This document shows, one piece after another, positions 62,063-64,000 of a stretch of 64,000 nt of DNA. How positions within the stretch are numbered: the stretch's first letter is position 1; each line of letters opens with the position of its first letter. The DNA is taken from the NCBI GenBank assembly GCA_001823095.1, contig MHTL01000012.1, forward strand, positions 1,035 to 65,034. The letters are read 5' to 3'. The position numbers were made by a program, and so were the translations under genes. Source of the stretch: Candidatus Vogelbacteria bacterium RIFOXYD1_FULL_51_18. Lineage in GTDB: Bacteria; Patescibacteriota; Minisyncoccia; Phycocordibacterales; UBA9988. Under the pieces are notes generated by a model, which worked only from the letters and a program-made list of their open reading frames with translations, did not search any database and was not told where the DNA came from.

Positions 62063-63628
62063 ATGTCTAAATACTTTCTTTACGCAAGAAAATCCACCGA
62101 TGTCGAGGACAAGCAAGTCCTCTCTATTGAAGCCCAACTCGCCGAACTGCGGGCACTCGCCAAGCACGAGAACCTTTCCATATCGGACGAGTTTATAGAA
62201 AAGCGATCGGCAAAAATGCCCGGTCGCCCGATCTTCAACGATATGCTCCGCCGCATACAGACGGGCGAAGCACAAGGCATTATTTGTTGGAAGATTGACC
62301 GCTTGGCTCGCAATCCCGTGGACGGCGGACAAATTCAATGGCTTCTGCAACAAGGAGTTATCGCACATATTCAAACCCACGATAGAAGCCATTATCCAAA
62401 CGACAATGTTTTGATGATGTCCGTCGAGTTAGGCATGGCTAACGAATATATCCGCCAACTAAGTGCGAACACCGCAAGAGGATTACGGCAGAAAGCACGG
62501 CAGGGAGACTTTCCCGGCCTTGCTCCGCTTGGCTACATCAACAATTCCAACATCAAGAAAATCGCCGTTCATCGTAAAAATGCGAAGCTCATTAAAAAGA
62601 TGTTTGAACTTTACGCAACGGGAAGTGTCCGCCTTGAAAATCTTTCCGTTGTTTTGGAACAGGCGGGTATCCAATCCAAAAATAAAAATCGTGTTCATAT
62701 TTCACGAATATCAAATATTCTCACCAATCCGATTTATTACGGACACTTCCGCCACGCAGGGGAAATATACGAGGGCAAGCACGAGCCGATAATCACGAAA
62801 GACCTCTTTGATAGGGCTAACGCCGTCTTGCGAGGCCGAGGCCGCACCCCCGCTAAAAAGACCGACCCGAGGCCGTTTTGTGGCCTCCTGTCGTGTGGGA
62901 GTTGCGGTATGGGAATAACGGGAGAGATAAAGATAAAGAGGCAGAAGAACGGCAACACCCACCGCTATATTTATTACCATTGCACGAAGAAGTCCAAGAC
63001 GAAGAAATGTCCCGAGCCGTGTATTCGGCAAGAGGAATTAGACCGCCAGTTGTCGGTCATGCTTTCCGAATACGCTATGCCGAAAGAATGGGTAGCCCCA
63101 CTTTCCGTCATGCTCGACAAGGAGGAACACGACACAAAAAATTCCGCGTCGGAGGCTGTTCAAGAAATGCGAGGGCAAGTCAGCGACTTTTCCCGCAACC
63201 TCGCCAGACTTACCGATATATATGTATCGCAAGACATAGAGCGAGATGACTACCTTGAGAGGCGTCGTTCGCTCATGTCCGACAAGAAGTCCGTCGAGGA
63301 GCAAATAGCCCGTCTTGAACATACCCCCTCCGCGTGGATCGAACCGACCCGAGACTGGATTAAAGACGCTTCCATACTGGAAGAAACAGCAAAAACAGAC
63401 GACCTCCCCTCCAAAAAAATCTCCCTCCAAAAAATCTTCGGCTCGAACCTCACCTTAAAAAAACGCGGAGCGTTCGGAATTGCCCAAAACCATTGGCTTT
63501 CTTTGGCGAACGCCAAAGAAAAAATTTCTAAAAATGACCTGACTTTAATTCTGGTGGAGATGGCGGGAATCGAACCCGCGTGCAATGAGAGGCGCATGCA
63601 TGCTTCTACGGAGCCTAGACTGCTTTAA
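62063..63628 (+). CDS. Large serine recombinase (integrase)
   Basis: YARKST catalytic Ser, DRLARN, recombinase domain, CGSC...YYHC...C zinc ribbon, coiled coil; 3' end reads antisense into tmRNA. Confidence 0.95.
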   Translation: MSKYFLYARKSTDVEDKQVLSIEAQLAELRALAKHENLSISDEFIEKRSAKMPGRPIFNDMLRRIQTGEAQGIICWKIDRLARNPVDGGQIQWLLQQGVIAHIQTHDRSHYPNDNVLMMSVELGMANEYIRQLSANTARGLRQKARQGDFPGLAPLGYINNSNIKKIAVHRKNAKLIKKMFELYATGSVRLENLSVVLEQAGIQSKNKNRVHISRISNILTNPIYYGHFRHAGEIYEGKHEPIITKDLFDRANAVLRGRGRTPAKKTDPRPFCGLLSCGSCGMGITGEIKIKRQKNGNTHRYIYYHCTKKSKTKKCPEPCIRQEELDRQLSVMLSEYAMPKEWVAPLSVMLDKEEHDTKNSASEAVQEMRGQVSDFSRNLARLTDIYVSQDIERDDYLERRRSLMSDKKSVEEQIARLEHTPSAWIEPTRDWIKDASILEETAKTDDLPSKKISLQKIFGSNLTLKKRGAFGIAQNHWLSLANAKEKISKNDLTLILVEMAGIEPACNERRMHASTEPRLL

Positions 63629-63950
63629 CTACTTGCCGGTAGTATTCGGTGCCGCGCGTCAAGAGCAGACGAAATCGCACAGCATCCTAGATTGTTTGTT
63701 TAGGTATCGTAGTCAATCATTCTACGGTACCGATCTTTGAGATATGACACCCTGCGTTTTAAGCAAAGATACTGTAAAACGCGGGCGGCATTACGCTAAC
63801 GCGAATGCGGGCGTGAAGTATGGCGATGCCACACTGCCGCCGTTTTCAGATGAGTTGGCACTTATCTGTTCTGCAATTATAGTAACGGCCTATTGCAGGA
63901 GGCCGGCGCGCACATACAAGGCGTACCCACTGTCTATGCCGATCATCCCC
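63552..63950 (-). ncRNA. ssrA: tmRNA
   Basis: 5' GGGGATG pairs with 3' CATCTCC-ACCA (G3:U70); T-arm GCGGGTTCGATTCCCGC; tag ORF 63859-63791 ANSSENGGSVASPYFTPAFALA* after ATAAGT. Confidence 0.95.
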
Positions 63951-64000
63951 TTAAATCCGCCGCGGCGGATCGGGCTACCTTTTCAAAGTCCTTCCCAGCT

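Larger units (their letters stand above)
49397..63556. mobile_element. ~14.2-kb integrative defence island at the tmRNA 3' end
   Basis: TGGTG core at 49397-49401 and 63552-63556; abrupt shift to AT-rich DNA; serine recombinase at the right end; removal places the tmRNA 3' end next to the ftsH promoter. Confidence 0.85.

Noticed and set aside
61985-62392. N-terminal extension of the 204-aa ORF at 61778..62392
   Set aside because: Antisense shadow of the recombinase; only the 68-aa HTH part is credible
51826-63556. Diverged repeat pair as a DGR template/variable repeat
   Set aside because: No reverse transcriptase in the window, and the differences are indels rather than adenine-specific substitutions

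Overview
The window looks like a Patescibacteria/CPR (Parcubacteria-like) chromosome segment in genetic code 11. This is inferred from gene content, short intergenic regions, near-leaderless promoters and tRNA-Ile(UAU). The backbone carries groEL/groES, secG, a peptide-binding protein, rnj, a UvrD-nuclease fusion, nth, mutY, pyrG, ftsEX, prfB, cfa, gatCA, ligA, a complete type IV pilus/competence locus, recG, ftsH, 8 tRNAs and tmRNA. Four accessory structures stand out. (1) Inside the pilus locus, a HUH/Y1 REP-associated transposase (RAYT) sits among 23-bp palindromes (TGACTGRAGTC-N-GACTYCAGTCA; 8 copies in the window). These palindromes delimit two unrelated MNT-HEPN toxin-antitoxin cassettes, each preceded by the same ~62-bp palindrome+promoter leader, giving an integron-like array. 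They also lie in-frame inside genes and supply stop codons. (2) A ~14.2-kb AT-rich defence island (Avs4, type III R-M, large serine recombinase) is integrated at the tmRNA 3' end. It carries an internal inverted copy of its own predicted attP junction. (3) A ~1-kb recombinase-less relative of that island sits at a tRNA-Met 3' end. (4) A hicBA cassette is flanked by a 32-bp direct repeat of the recG 3' end. All calls come from reading the sequence and recognising motifs; no searches were run.
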